Shown here piece after piece: positions 19,594-29,637 of a stretch of 64,000 bases of DNA. Below the pieces are notes generated by a model. That model saw only the letters and a list, made by a program, of their open reading frames with translations. It was not told where the DNA came from and ran no database searches. Position 1 is the first letter of the stretch. Each line of letters opens with the position of its first letter. The position numbers and the translations under genes were made by a program. Location of the stretch: positions 96,001-160,000 of the forward strand of contig CAWEPK010000010.1 of NCBI GenBank assembly GCA_963810935.1, given 5' to 3'. Origin of the DNA: an uncultured delta proteobacterium. Its GTDB lineage: Bacteria > Desulfobacterota > Syntrophorhabdia > Syntrophorhabdales > WCHB1-27.

Positions 19594-20736
19594 TTATTCT
19601 GTGGGCCGCTGTATTCGACCCTTCTCCTCAAAGAAGTCGATCGATTGCTTTCCATATCCCATCCACTCGTCCATCCCCACCATAAGCCGCGTAAGGATGT
19701 TCCTCTCGGCCATCATCCGGACGCCGCGATGAAACCATGTTTTCGGCTTATTCCAAGGGCAAACGCGGATGCAGACAGAACAGTGAGAGCCGTTCTTGAC
19801 CCACCAGTCGAGGCATTTCATGGCGTGAACGGGCCATTTCAGCATACCCCGGCTGTTCGATTCGTCCCATGGTTTCTCGGTACGTTCGCCCGACTTGATC
19901 GCGCCGCTCGGGCAATGCTGAGAACATCTCTCGCACTTTTCACAGAAGGCCTGGACGCCGATGTCTATCGGCCTGTCGATTTCGAGTGGGAGGTTGGTAA
20001 AGACCTTACCTATCCGGCACCGCGGTCCGAACTCGCGGGTCATCAGAAGGCCCATGCGCCCCATCTCTCCGAGCCCAGCGTCTACCGCGAAGGCCACGTC
20101 TATGCCCAGCTCGTTCACGGACGGGATTGCCCGGTAGCCGATCTCCGTAATATACGTGGCAAGGGAACAGGCGGTAAAACCTGTCGTGGCGTAGACAAGG
20201 TCGGTATCGGCCTCAATGGCGGGCGAGCGTTTTACCATCTCGTAGCCCATACCCCTGACCAGCACTATCACGTACTGAAAATCTTCCGGGATATCGATCG
20301 GATCGCCCGCTTGGGCAGCCCCTGTGTAGTGGGCATTTTGGTCCCCCCAGCGGCTGTATATCCACGACCGGTTCAACCTGGCGATGCCGACAAGATCGGC
20401 GCCCAGCCACCGCGCGACCCGCTTTATGATTGCGGTCAGCTCCGCCGGCGACGAGCCTTGCGGTTTAAATTCGCGGTTGAACTGTACGCCCGTCTCTCTC
20501 CCATATTGGTTCCGGCGCATGACGTAATCTACCGTCCGTCCGGCCACCCAGAGACCATGGTCGAACACCGTCTTCCCCCGGATACCTTTCCTGATATTCT
20601 CGACGCTCTTCTCGTGCATCCTGTCGTATTTTGCGCCTTCGATCCTGCCGCGGCTGAATGCGGTGAGCCGGTCGTCGAATCTTTCGATTGACCCGGTGAC
20701 ATGTCTGGCGTAAGTCGGCTCGTCAACTCTCTTCAT
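19594..20736 (-). CDS. rdhA: Reductive dehalogenase (cobalamin, 2 Fe-S), no TAT signal
   Basis: IKRVARWLGADLVGIA..WIYS, GYRAIP, AGLGEMGRMGLLMTREFGPRCRI, D.PID.GV..FC, CxxCxxCxxxCP and Cx10CxxCxxxCPW. Confidence 0.85.
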   Translation of the reverse strand: MKRVDEPTYARHVTGSIERFDDRLTAFSRGRIEGAKYDRMHEKSVENIRKGIRGKTVFDHGLWVAGRTVDYVMRRNQYGRETGVQFNREFKPQGSSPAELTAIIKRVARWLGADLVGIARLNRSWIYSRWGDQNAHYTGAAQAGDPIDIPEDFQYVIVLVRGMGYEMVKRSPAIEADTDLVYATTGFTACSLATYITEIGYRAIPSVNELGIDVAFAVDAGLGEMGRMGLLMTREFGPRCRIGKVFTNLPLEIDRPIDIGVQAFCEKCERCSQHCPSGAIKSGERTEKPWDESNSRGMLKWPVHAMKCLDWWVKNGSHCSVCIRVCPWNKPKTWFHRGVRMMAERNILTRLMVGMDEWMGYGKQSIDFFEEKGRIQRPTE

Positions 20737-20753
20737 ATCCTCTGAACTCCCTT

Positions 20754-21458
20754 CTAGATGCCCAAATAGGCCCTTTTAAGATGCTCGTCCTTGAGAAGCT
20801 CGGGACCCGGACCCGACAATACGATCCTGCCGTTCTCGATCACATACGCACGGTGCGCCATGTTGAGGGCGCTGAATACGTTCTGCTCCGCAAGGAGCAC
20901 GGCCACCCCTTCATCGTTAATCTTCCGGAGGATCTGGAAGCTTCTTTCTACGAGCATCGGAGCAAGCCCGAGGGAGGGCTCGTCCACCGTAAGGAGTGCC
21001 GGTCCTGCCATAAGGCCCCTGCCTATGGCAAGCATCTGCTGTTCCCCACCGCTTAAGGATCCGGCGAGCTGGTTGCGGTGATCGTAAAGCTCCGGAAAGA
21101 GGTCGTAGATGTCGTTTATGGACTTTCTGAGGTCGATCTTCGACCTGCGGACATAGGCCCCGACCTCGAGGTTTTCTTCCACGGTGAGAAGCGGGAAGAT
21201 TCGCCGCCCCTCGGGGATGTGGACGATCCCGCTCGCGACGACATCGTAGGGCGGCTTCCCTATGAGTTGCTTCCCGCGAAACTCTATCGACCCCGAAGTC
21301 TTTTTCAAAAGCCCGGAAATCGCCCGCAGCAGGGTACTCTTCCCAGCGGCGTTTGCCCCGACGACAGATACGAACTCGCCCTCCTCCATATGCAGGTCTA
21401 TGTCGAAGAGCACGTGCACGTCACCGTAAAAGACGTTCAATCCCCTAGCCTTGAGCAA
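20754..21458 (-). CDS. livF: Branched-chain amino acid-type ABC transporter ATPase
   Basis: GANAAGKST, PEGRRIF, LSGGEQQMLAIGR, DEPSLGLAP. Confidence 0.93.
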   Translation of the reverse strand: MLKARGLNVFYGDVHVLFDIDLHMEEGEFVSVVGANAAGKSTLLRAISGLLKKTSGSIEFRGKQLIGKPPYDVVASGIVHIPEGRRIFPLLTVEENLEVGAYVRRSKIDLRKSINDIYDLFPELYDHRNQLAGSLSGGEQQMLAIGRGLMAGPALLTVDEPSLGLAPMLVERSFQILRKINDEGVAVLLAEQNVFSALNMAHRAYVIENGRIVLSGPGPELLKDEHLKRAYLGI

Positions 21459-22185
21459 TCAGGTACTCCTCTCCGAGGTAAGCCTTGATGACCTCTTTGT
21501 TCGCCGCAACCTCCGCAGGCTCTCCCTCGGCGATCATGACTCCGTTATTGAGCACTATCACCCTGTGGGATAGCCTCATAATGACCGCCATTATGTGTTC
21601 TATCACGAGGAGAGCTATGCCTGATTCCACAAGGTGTTTCACTATCCGGATCATCTCCTGGAGCTCCACCGGGTTGAGTCCGGCCATTACCTCATCCAAA
21701 AGGAAAAGCTTTGGCGAAGTCGCCAGACCACGGGCGATCTCCAGCCGCTTGCGGTCTGCGATCGTCAGATTCCTCCCGAGGAGATTCCTGCGCTCGTAAA
21801 GGCCGACGAAATCAAGCACCTCGTCGGCCCTCCTCTCTGCCCTTTTGAGGGTTTTTTCTCTGGCAAGGGCCCCGATCATTACGTTCTTGAGGACTGAGAT
21901 GTTGCTGAAGGGCTTGGTGACCTGAAAGGTACGGCAGAGGCCGAGACTGCAGACCGCCTCCGGGGTAAGTCTTGTAATATCGGCATCGTTAAACCGCATA
22001 AAGCCTGTCTGTGTCCTGTAGAACCCGGAAACAACGTTAAAAAGCGTCGTCTTTCCTGCCCCGTTGGGCCCGATAAGACCCACCACTTCGCCCGGGCGCA
22101 CCTTAAAGCTGACGTTTCTGAGGACTGCATTGCCCCCGAACCACTTACTGATATCGCTTACTTCGAGCATCCTGTCTTTTCCCAC
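21445..22185 (-). CDS. livG: Branched-chain amino acid-type ABC transporter ATPase
   Basis: GPNGAGKTTLFN, RTFQ, LLDEVMAGLN, IEHIM, AYLG. Confidence 0.93.
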   Translation of the reverse strand: MGKDRMLEVSDISKWFGGNAVLRNVSFKVRPGEVVGLIGPNGAGKTTLFNVVSGFYRTQTGFMRFNDADITRLTPEAVCSLGLCRTFQVTKPFSNISVLKNVMIGALAREKTLKRAERRADEVLDFVGLYERRNLLGRNLTIADRKRLEIARGLATSPKLFLLDEVMAGLNPVELQEMIRIVKHLVESGIALLVIEHIMAVIMRLSHRVIVLNNGVMIAEGEPAEVAANKEVIKAYLGEEYLIAQG

Positions 22186-23171
22186 GTCTTCTTTAGCAAC
22201 GTTATTCTCTCCCTGAGTTTGGCAAAAATTCCCTGAGGCATGAAAAGGAGAACGAGCACCAATATAACCCCGTAGACGATCATGTGCAGGCCCGGCAGAG
22301 CAGTACCCATTTTGGCCCGGAGCAACATGGTCATAGGTACGAAAATGGCGGCGCCGATAGCCGGCCCCAAGGCCGTGCCTATGCCTCCGACGATGGCAAA
22401 AAGGGCCACCTGAACTGCAATCTGTATGCGTATAACACTCGTGGGGTCTATGAAAACCGCATACTGGGCATAGAACGAACCCATAAGCGCGGCAAGAAAG
22501 GCACTAAGAACCATGGCGGCCAGCCTCACCCTGCCCGTCTTCACGCCGAGGGAGCGGGCCGCGTCCTCGTTTTCGCGAAAGGCCATCAGGAAATAGCCGA
22601 GCCTGGAATGCTCTATCGCGTAAGAGACACCTATCACCAGTAAAAAGAAAAAAAGGCCGATGTAAACATAGGGAAGCTTGCCCGCAAAAGAGAACAGGCG
22701 AAAGCTTGACTGTATGGGGAGGGCAAGGCCTTCAGATCCGCCGGTTAGGGAGCGCAGGTTTACGGCAACGATGTAAGCGACTTCGCCGAAGGCCAGAGTC
22801 GCCAGCGCGAAATAATGGCTCCTTAGACGGAAGCACACAAGACCCAGGACAAGCCCGATGGCCGACGCAAAGAACCCGCCGACAATCATTCCTATCCATG
22901 GGGTTAAACCGAAATGGAGGAGCAAAAGGGTCGACGTGTAAGCTCCGATCCCGAAGAAAGCATTGTGTCCCAAAGACATCATGCCCGCATAGCCGGCCAG
23001 GATATTCCAGGCCCCGGCGAAGGCGCCCCACAGGAAAATCAGGATCAGGCCGTCGAGATAGAAGTCGTTCTTGATCACGAGAGGAAGGAGGCACAAGGCG
23101 GCTATGGCCGTGCCCGCTGCGGCGATCTTCGGCAGCCTGCGCCCTCTGATTCGGTTAATCAATGCTTTCAA
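22158..23171 (-). CDS. livM: Branched-chain amino acid-type ABC transporter permease
   Basis: WNILAGYAGMMSLGHNAFFGIGAY, YFALATLAF, RENEDAA, GGIGT. Confidence 0.92.
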   Translation of the reverse strand: MKALINRIRGRRLPKIAAAGTAIAALCLLPLVIKNDFYLDGLILIFLWGAFAGAWNILAGYAGMMSLGHNAFFGIGAYTSTLLLLHFGLTPWIGMIVGGFFASAIGLVLGLVCFRLRSHYFALATLAFGEVAYIVAVNLRSLTGGSEGLALPIQSSFRLFSFAGKLPYVYIGLFFFLLVIGVSYAIEHSRLGYFLMAFRENEDAARSLGVKTGRVRLAAMVLSAFLAALMGSFYAQYAVFIDPTSVIRIQIAVQVALFAIVGGIGTALGPAIGAAIFVPMTMLLRAKMGTALPGLHMIVYGVILVLVLLFMPQGIFAKLRERITLLKKTWEKTGCSK

Positions 23172-24081
23172 TACGCTCCAATTCCTCCTCTTCTTTGAGG
23201 CCGAAAAGACCCGAAGGCCGTATGACCAACACCGCGATGAAGACGAGAAAATAGATTGCCTGCTTGTTTTCCTGTCCTATCCAGTAGCTGGAGAAAACTT
23301 CAACTACGCCGATGATAAATCCTGAGATCATCGCCCCTACCACGCTTCCCATACCCCCCAGCACTACGACGACGAACATGATCAGGACCAAGTCGAACCC
23401 CACGAAGGGGTGGACTGTGTAGACCGGGAGGACAAGGCCTCCCGCCAGGCCTACGAGCACAATGCCGATGGCGAAGGTGAGCCGGTATATCCTGTCTATG
23501 TTGATGCCCATGAGAAGGGCTGCCGAACGGTCCTGGGAGGTGGCCCTTATAATCTTGCCCGTATACGAGAGCTTCAGGAACAGATAAAAGGCAAAGGTGA
23601 GTAAGATAGCCAGGGCGAAAGCTATGAGGCGCGCGGGATTGATCATGATCTCGCCTATGCCGAGGGCCTGCAACGGACCTATCACGAAGGCGTCGGTCGC
23701 GTAGCTCAGGGAAATACTCCTAAAATCGGCCGACCAGAGCAGAAGCGCCGTATTCTGAATGATAGTGGAGAGACCGACGGTTATGAAGATCTGGGCTAGA
23801 ACTGAAGACCCGATGGTTGGTCGTATAAAGAGATAGTAAGTGACGATCCCGAGCAGGAAGACCACGGGTACGCAGATGAGGGTTCCGAGGTAAGGGTCGA
23901 TGTGGAAGTAATGGAAAAGCCAGTAGGTTAGGTACATTGCGATCATGAAGAACTCGCCGTGAGCGAAATTGACAATCTTCATGACGCCGAACACCAGGGT
24001 CAGGCCGATGCTTGCCAGGGCATATATGCCGCCCAGGAGGACCCCCGAGATCAATAATTGAATAAAAAACGTTAAATCCAA
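23155..24081 (-). CDS. livH: Branched-chain amino acid-type ABC transporter permease
   Basis: GGIYAL..GLTLVFGVMKIVNFAHGEF, VVLGGMGS, RPSGLFG. Confidence 0.93.
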   Translation of the reverse strand: MDLTFFIQLLISGVLLGGIYALASIGLTLVFGVMKIVNFAHGEFFMIAMYLTYWLFHYFHIDPYLGTLICVPVVFLLGIVTYYLFIRPTIGSSVLAQIFITVGLSTIIQNTALLLWSADFRSISLSYATDAFVIGPLQALGIGEIMINPARLIAFALAILLTFAFYLFLKLSYTGKIIRATSQDRSAALLMGINIDRIYRLTFAIGIVLVGLAGGLVLPVYTVHPFVGFDLVLIMFVVVVLGGMGSVVGAMISGFIIGVVEVFSSYWIGQENKQAIYFLVFIAVLVIRPSGLFGLKEEEELERIESID

Positions 24082-24085
24082 GCTA

Positions 24086-25330
24086 TTATTTCACGTACTT
24101 CAGCGATGACGACGCGACCTCTGTCGGATAGATCAGCTTGAGGCTTCCGTCTTGCCATTGGTTGATCCCGGCCGACGCGTAAACGTTCTGCCCCGCATTG
24201 CTCTCTCCCGGTTTTGCGAACTTTATACCCCAGTTGAGCACGCCCTTGCCACGGGGCACGTCGAGCGCGAGCGCTGCCTGGCGCAATTTCTCGGGATCGA
24301 GGCTGCCGGCCTTCGTGAGTATGTGCTTGTAGAAGATCCACGCGCCGGCAAATCCGACGAAAGACGTAGGGTTCGGATACTCCCCGTTGTGGGCGGCCTT
24401 GTAGCGCCTCACGAATTCATAGGCGTCTTTCTTTTGCTGCGCCGTCAGGCCCTCAACCGAAATTTCGGAAGGAATTCCGCCTGCCATAACGCCGTTGGCG
24501 TCCTTTCCAAGGGCCTGGAGAAAATCGGGGTTGCCCTGACCGGCCGTAGTTCCGATGACTATGGGATGAAATTTCATCTCTCTGCATTGGCGGTGAAACA
24601 GGATGGAATCGTTGATGTACTGGGCGGCAAGGACGATATCAGGCTTCGCCTGTCTAAGCTTCATAACCATCCCCGACAGATCGACCGATTTCGCGCTGTA
24701 GACCTCCATTACAACGACATGCAGGCCGAGTGCTTTCGCCCTGTCCGTCAATCCCTTTCCTGTGGAGGTACCGAACCCGCCGTCCTCCTGTATAATGGCC
24801 AGACGGAGGTCTTTCGCTTTCCTTCCTATTTTGGGTGCTATGACCTCTGCCGCGTAATCGACCATCTGGTACGCCATCATGTCGCTGTCGAAGGTCGTAC
24901 GGAAGGTATATTTAAATCCCCGCCCGGTGATACCGCTCGATATGCCTTCGTTTTCCAGGTAGAACACCTTTGCCTTTTCTGCAACGACCGTTGCGGCCAT
25001 GGAAAGGCTGCTAGCCTGCGTCCCGATAATTGCGGTAATCTTTTCGTTCGTGATGAGTCTGTTCGCCTCGCTCGCCGCCGCCTGGGGATCAGGCGCGTCC
25101 GCGCTGACGAGAACGACCTTCCTGCCGAGAACCCCGCCCTCGTCATTGATCATTTCGGTAGCGATCTTCACCCCGTCGAAGTTCTTTATGCCGTTCTTGG
25201 CGAGAGAGCCCGTCAGAGGCAGTATCGTGCCGATGCGCCATGCGTTGGCCTGTCCGTGGGCGGGTCCGCAAGTCAGGAACAGGCCGGCCACAAAAAGGAC
25301 GACTGACGCAAAAACATAGCCTTTCTTCAT
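24086..25330 (-). CDS. LivK-family periplasmic substrate-binding protein
   Basis: Signal peptide MKKGYVFASVVLF...AHG, then RIGTILPLTG, INDEGGVLGR; start at 25330. Confidence 0.9.
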   Translation of the reverse strand: MKKGYVFASVVLFVAGLFLTCGPAHGQANAWRIGTILPLTGSLAKNGIKNFDGVKIATEMINDEGGVLGRKVVLVSADAPDPQAAASEANRLITNEKITAIIGTQASSLSMAATVVAEKAKVFYLENEGISSGITGRGFKYTFRTTFDSDMMAYQMVDYAAEVIAPKIGRKAKDLRLAIIQEDGGFGTSTGKGLTDRAKALGLHVVVMEVYSAKSVDLSGMVMKLRQAKPDIVLAAQYINDSILFHRQCREMKFHPIVIGTTAGQGNPDFLQALGKDANGVMAGGIPSEISVEGLTAQQKKDAYEFVRRYKAAHNGEYPNPTSFVGFAGAWIFYKHILTKAGSLDPEKLRQAALALDVPRGKGVLNWGIKFAKPGESNAGQNVYASAGINQWQDGSLKLIYPTEVASSSLKYVK

Positions 25331-25656
25331 CTGGGTTCTCCTTCTGTTAAGTTGCACGCCTGGCAAATAAGCGTGATCGAATGGCTAATGGTATATGAAT
25401 TTTCACCCATGAAATCAATAGCAAAGAGTGGAACGACGGCCTCGGTCAGACAGCACCTCAGGGGGGGAACCTGACGCCGAATGTCGACGCGAAATAAGGA
25501 ACGCAACGGGTGATGGATGGTTTGACCCAATCGACGGTTTGCATGTGGTGGCATAAGAAAACGGGTCGTTGTAATCAATCAACGCAAAACTGTTCCAGCA
25601 CACAGTCGATGAAATGGCTGGGCGATCGTGAGGCGATCCATTGTCGTTTTAAGGAA

Positions 25657-25950
25657 TTACCTCACTATTCCGATTTCGTATCCCAGTTTTGCCTCTTGCT
25701 CCCTCAGTTTTGCTATCGCCGTTCGGAAGCGTATGTACCTTCTTCCTGCTTCTGCTATTAAAAGAGCCCCCAGAACAATGAAACAAGCGCCCGCGCAAAA
25801 ATAGAAGAGGCCGACCAGAAACTTCATGATCGCTATGCCGACTGAGCAGAAGGCGAGACCCGTCTGCATGTAAGAGTGCATGGTCCTCTCCCTTGACAGA
25901 AGGGTCTGTTCCTCAGAGAGGAGGATTGCTATGTCGTTGTTCTTATCCAT
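25657..25950 (-). CDS. DUF202/YidH-like small membrane protein
   Basis: LSRERTMHSYMQTGLA motif followed by two TM segments. Confidence 0.8.
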   Translation of the reverse strand: MDKNNDIAILLSEEQTLLSRERTMHSYMQTGLAFCSVGIAIMKFLVGLFYFCAGACFIVLGALLIAEAGRRYIRFRTAIAKLREQEAKLGYEIGIVR

Positions 25951-26181
25951 ATGAACCTCCGTTCAAGGAAGTCTACGAGATAAGGGTCTTTCTAGTCAAC
26001 AAAGGCATATCAGAGTCTAAGAAAAGCATTTACAGTCGGACAGGGTGAAAACCGTCCGGAACGGCCGGAGCAACCGACAGCAGGCTTTGTTACGTACACC
26101 TTCCTGAAAGCGCCGCTGCATCCACGCTTCTGCACCCGTGTACCTTTAACGCGGCAATCGCGGCCCCCGCTTGCCTGAAGC

Positions 26182-28239
26182 TCACCCCGCTTTCCTGATA
26201 CTGCACAGCAGCCCCTTCCACTGGGGATACCCCATGATAGGCTCCCTGGCCTGGCAATCGGTCAGGAGGTTGCAGTTGGCATCTTTCGGCCAGCCGTGGG
26301 GGACGAGGACAACGCCTTCCATGATCCTCTCGTCAACGTGCGCCTTCATCTTTACCTGTCCCCGGTCGGTCTCGACTATGACGTCGTCGCCGTGGGTTAT
26401 GCCGTACTTCGAGGCGGTATCCGGCCCTATCTCCGCTTTGGGGAAGGGGGACCATTTCTGGAGGGACTTGATGTTGTGGAGCATAGTGCCGTTGAAGAAG
26501 AAGTCGCGCGTGCCCGTTGAAAGGACTAGGGGGTATTTCTCCCCAAGCTCGGCCCAGCGCACCCCTTGCGGGCTTTTGTCAGGCTCCCGGTAAGTGGGCA
26601 TGGGGTCCCAGCCTGCCTGCTCGAATGCCTCGCTGTATATCTCTATCTTCCTGGTGGGCGTAGCGAAGGAGCGCGGGTCGAGTGCATAATCCTTCGGCTG
26701 GTAATGGATGCCTTCGGGTGCGTCGAGGAGGGTCTGGAAGTCTATGCCTGAAGATTCAAGCTCCAGGGCAACCACCTCTTCGTCCGATTTCCAGGGGAAC
26801 TTGTCGCCGAAGCCGCAGCGGTTCGCAAGCTCGGTATATACCTCCCGGATCGACTTGCACTCGTGGTACTGCGGAAGGAGGGGTTTCCTGAGCATGAGGT
26901 ACGGCAGGCAGTGGCAGACGTTGTAGTTGTAGGCAAGCCCCCAGAACTCGAACTGGTTCGACGCAGGCAGGACATAGTGGGCGAACTCGGCGGTCTCCGT
27001 CATGAACTGCTCGTAGACGACAACGAGGTCGAGCTTACTGAACGCATCGCGGAGCGCATTCGAATCGGGCATCGTGACAAGGGGGTTGCCCCCGGCTACG
27101 ATAAAGGCGCGTATCTTGTCGGGCACGCTCTCCGGCACCATGTTCATGACTGCATAAGGGCTCGTCCTTCCCCAGAGTGTATAGAAGAGGGGATACTCCT
27201 CGGCTCCCAGCGGCTTGCCGGGGAAAGGCAGGCTTACGTCGGTAAGGCGCAATCTCGGGCTGATGACCCACCCGCCGGGCACGTTGATGTTGCCTGTGAG
27301 TACCTGGAGGATGGCCATCGCCCGGTCCGTCTGGCTCCCGTTTGCGCACTGGTCCTGCGTGCAGGTGCCGTGGAAGATGGATGCCCCTTTGGTGGTGGCG
27401 AAGCGGCGGGCAAGGATGCGGATGTCGGAGGCCTTCACGGAGGTGATCTTTTCCGCCCACTCCGGCGTGTACTGCTGCACGTGGGGGACCAGCTTATCGA
27501 AGCCGTAGGTCCATTTCTCGACGAACTCCTTGTCGTAGAGGTTCTCGTTTATCATGACGTTCATCAGGGCAAGGGCGAGCGCCCCGTCCGTCCCCGGCCT
27601 TATGGCGAGGTACATCTCCGCGCGGTCGGCTATGGCGAGCCTCCTCGGGTCGATGACGATCACCCTCGCCCCCTTCTTGATATTCTCTTCCATAGCCAGG
27701 GCAAGGGGGAAGTCGGACGCGGAGGGGTTATGGCCCCAGAGTAGATAGAGGTTGGAGTCCATCTCTTCGACCGGGTATTTCCCGAAGGTGATCTGACGCG
27801 CCCTGATGCGCATACGGTAGCAGATGCTCTCGACCGAGAAGAAGTTGGGCGACCCGAGGGCTGCCTTGAACCTGTGGGTGAGTGAGATCATCTCCAGGTT
27901 CTCAACGCCGATGGAGCCGCAGAAGAACGCGACAACGGAGGGGCCGTACTTTTCTTTCAGCGCGTTCAGCTTTTCTGCGATCTCCGAGAACGCCTGCTCC
28001 CAGGAGATGCGTATCCAGTCGCTGCCCTCTTTCTTGAGCGGGTATTTGAGCCTGTCGGGGTGGTAGAGGTGCTCGATTGCGGCCTGTCCCTTCGCACAGA
28101 GCCTCCCCTTGTTGAGGGGGTGCGATTCCTGGCCGCGCACTGCTATGGCCTTCCCGTCCTTGACAGTGACTTCCATGCCGCAGCTATGGTAGCAGAGCGC
28201 GCATCCTGTGAAGCCCGTTATCGTGTCGCTATCGGTCAT
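26182..28239 (-). CDS. Molybdopterin (bis-MGD) oxidoreductase, cytoplasmic
   Basis: CxxCxxxC...LCAKG Fe-S motif, HPDRLKYPL, LWGHNP, IRPGTDGAL, MTETAEFAHYVLP, C-terminal molydop-binding domain; no TAT. Confidence 0.9.
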   Translation of the reverse strand: MTDSDTITGFTGCALCYHSCGMEVTVKDGKAIAVRGQESHPLNKGRLCAKGQAAIEHLYHPDRLKYPLKKEGSDWIRISWEQAFSEIAEKLNALKEKYGPSVVAFFCGSIGVENLEMISLTHRFKAALGSPNFFSVESICYRMRIRARQITFGKYPVEEMDSNLYLLWGHNPSASDFPLALAMEENIKKGARVIVIDPRRLAIADRAEMYLAIRPGTDGALALALMNVMINENLYDKEFVEKWTYGFDKLVPHVQQYTPEWAEKITSVKASDIRILARRFATTKGASIFHGTCTQDQCANGSQTDRAMAILQVLTGNINVPGGWVISPRLRLTDVSLPFPGKPLGAEEYPLFYTLWGRTSPYAVMNMVPESVPDKIRAFIVAGGNPLVTMPDSNALRDAFSKLDLVVVYEQFMTETAEFAHYVLPASNQFEFWGLAYNYNVCHCLPYLMLRKPLLPQYHECKSIREVYTELANRCGFGDKFPWKSDEEVVALELESSGIDFQTLLDAPEGIHYQPKDYALDPRSFATPTRKIEIYSEAFEQAGWDPMPTYREPDKSPQGVRWAELGEKYPLVLSTGTRDFFFNGTMLHNIKSLQKWSPFPKAEIGPDTASKYGITHGDDVIVETDRGQVKMKAHVDERIMEGVVLVPHGWPKDANCNLLTDCQAREPIMGYPQWKGLLCSIRKAG

Positions 28240-28271
28240 GATGAAGCCTCCTGAACCGGGTTTGCGCGCTG

Positions 28272-29123
28272 CTACTTATAGTCGTAGAACCCTTTGCCGA
28301 CCTTCCGCCCGAGCCAGCCGGCCGTCACCATCTTTCTCAGGAGGACAGGCGGGGCGTACTTGGCCTCTTTCGTCTCCTCGAAGAGGCTTTCCGCTATGGA
28401 AAGCTCCGTGTCGAGGCCTATAAAGTCTATGACTTCGAGGGGCCCCATCGGATGGTTTACGGCAAGCTTCATCGATATGTCGATTTCGTCTCTTGTCGCG
28501 ATGCCTGCCTCCAGCATCCTTATGGCGCCCAGCAGAAATGGCGTAAAGAGCCGGGTAACGATAAATCCGCCCACATCAGGGGCCACGACCATGGTCTTTC
28601 CTATGGTGGCCGCCCATTTCCGGACCGCTTCTATGGTCTCTTGGCCCGTCATGATCGTTTTCACTACTTCGAGAAGCTGCATGACGGGGGCGGGGTTGTG
28701 GAAATGCATGCCGATTACCTTGTCCGCCCTTTTCGTTGCGACGGCCATGTCGGTTATGGAGAGGCCGGAGGTGTTGGAGCCGAATATCGTCTCCGGCTTG
28801 CAGACGGCGTCCAGCGCAACAAAGGTCTTCTTTTTCAGCTCCAGGTCTTCCGGAATCGCTTCCTCGATGAGGTCGCAGTCTTTCAGGTCCTCTATCCGGG
28901 TGCTAGTCCTGATTTTTGCCATCATCCCGTTTTTGTCCGCCTCGGACAGTTTGCCCTTCTCAACGCGTCCCATAAGACGCTTGTCGATGCCCTTCAGGCC
29001 TTTCGCGAGCATCGCCCCGCTGGAATCGACGGCCACGACATCATAACCCGCCTGGGCAAAGACCTGGCCGATTCCCGCGCCCATCTGACCGAACCCGATG
29101 ATCCCCAGCTTTTTGATGTCCAT
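28272..29123 (-). CDS. hbd: 3-hydroxybutyryl-CoA (3-hydroxyacyl-CoA) dehydrogenase
   Basis: GFGQMGAGI, EAIPEDLELK, SNTSGL, GMHFHNP, HPMGP, GRKVGKGFYDY. Confidence 0.9.
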   Translation of the reverse strand: MDIKKLGIIGFGQMGAGIGQVFAQAGYDVVAVDSSGAMLAKGLKGIDKRLMGRVEKGKLSEADKNGMMAKIRTSTRIEDLKDCDLIEEAIPEDLELKKKTFVALDAVCKPETIFGSNTSGLSITDMAVATKRADKVIGMHFHNPAPVMQLLEVVKTIMTGQETIEAVRKWAATIGKTMVVAPDVGGFIVTRLFTPFLLGAIRMLEAGIATRDEIDISMKLAVNHPMGPLEVIDFIGLDTELSIAESLFEETKEAKYAPPVLLRKMVTAGWLGRKVGKGFYDYK

Positions 29124-29185
29124 AAGTCCTCCTTGTGGTAGGGCTAGACCAAAACCGGCCGGCGAAATATTCTCTTTTGACCAGT

Positions 29186-29588
29186 CTAGTCCAGCACCGC
29201 AAGAAACTCTATTTCAATCAGCCAGTCCGGACGCAAGAGGCTGTGAACGACTACACCCGTTGCCGCCGGATAATTCCCCTCTTTGAAATATTGCCGCCTT
29301 ATCTCGCCCGTTTTGGCGTACTCGGCAACCGCCTGAGGGCGTGATGTAATCCGTGGTTTTGATCACGTCATCCATACTCGCGCCCATCTTTTCCAACAGG
29401 TTTTTCACGCTCTCGTAGATATAGCGCATCTGCGCTTCAAGGTCTCCTTTGTGAAGGGTACGGTGATTTTCGTCGGTCGCCACGGTTCCCGATATTGCGA
29501 TGACCCTGCCTTTTTTTACTCCGTCGCTCCATGTGAAGCTCTTGCGCTTGTACATTTCATCAAAAACATTGTAACACGCCTTAGCCAT
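29186..29588 (-). CDS. RidA/YjgF family protein, +1 frameshift near 29338
   Basis: ISGTVA...GDLEAQM...GASMDDVIKTT, then RRQYF...PAATGVVVHSLLRPDWLIEIEFLA in the next frame; span 403 nt. Confidence 0.85.
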
Positions 29589-29637
29589 CGCCGTTCCTCC
29601 TGATATTCGGGTTTATGCCTTCATCGTCAAATGGGGG

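Noticed and set aside
19594..20736. Epoxyqueuosine reductase QueG
   Set aside because: Same fold, but GADLVGIA..WIYS, FGPR.R, D.PID.G..FC and the operon context fit RdhA better; not excluded without phylogeny
25583..25597. Sigma54 promoter for livK (TGGAACAGTTTTGC, minus strand)
   Set aside because: GG-to-GC spacing is 9 nt, not the required 10
26182..28239. True acetylene hydratase
   Set aside because: The residue after the second Fe-S Cys is Tyr (CALCY), not the catalytic Asp
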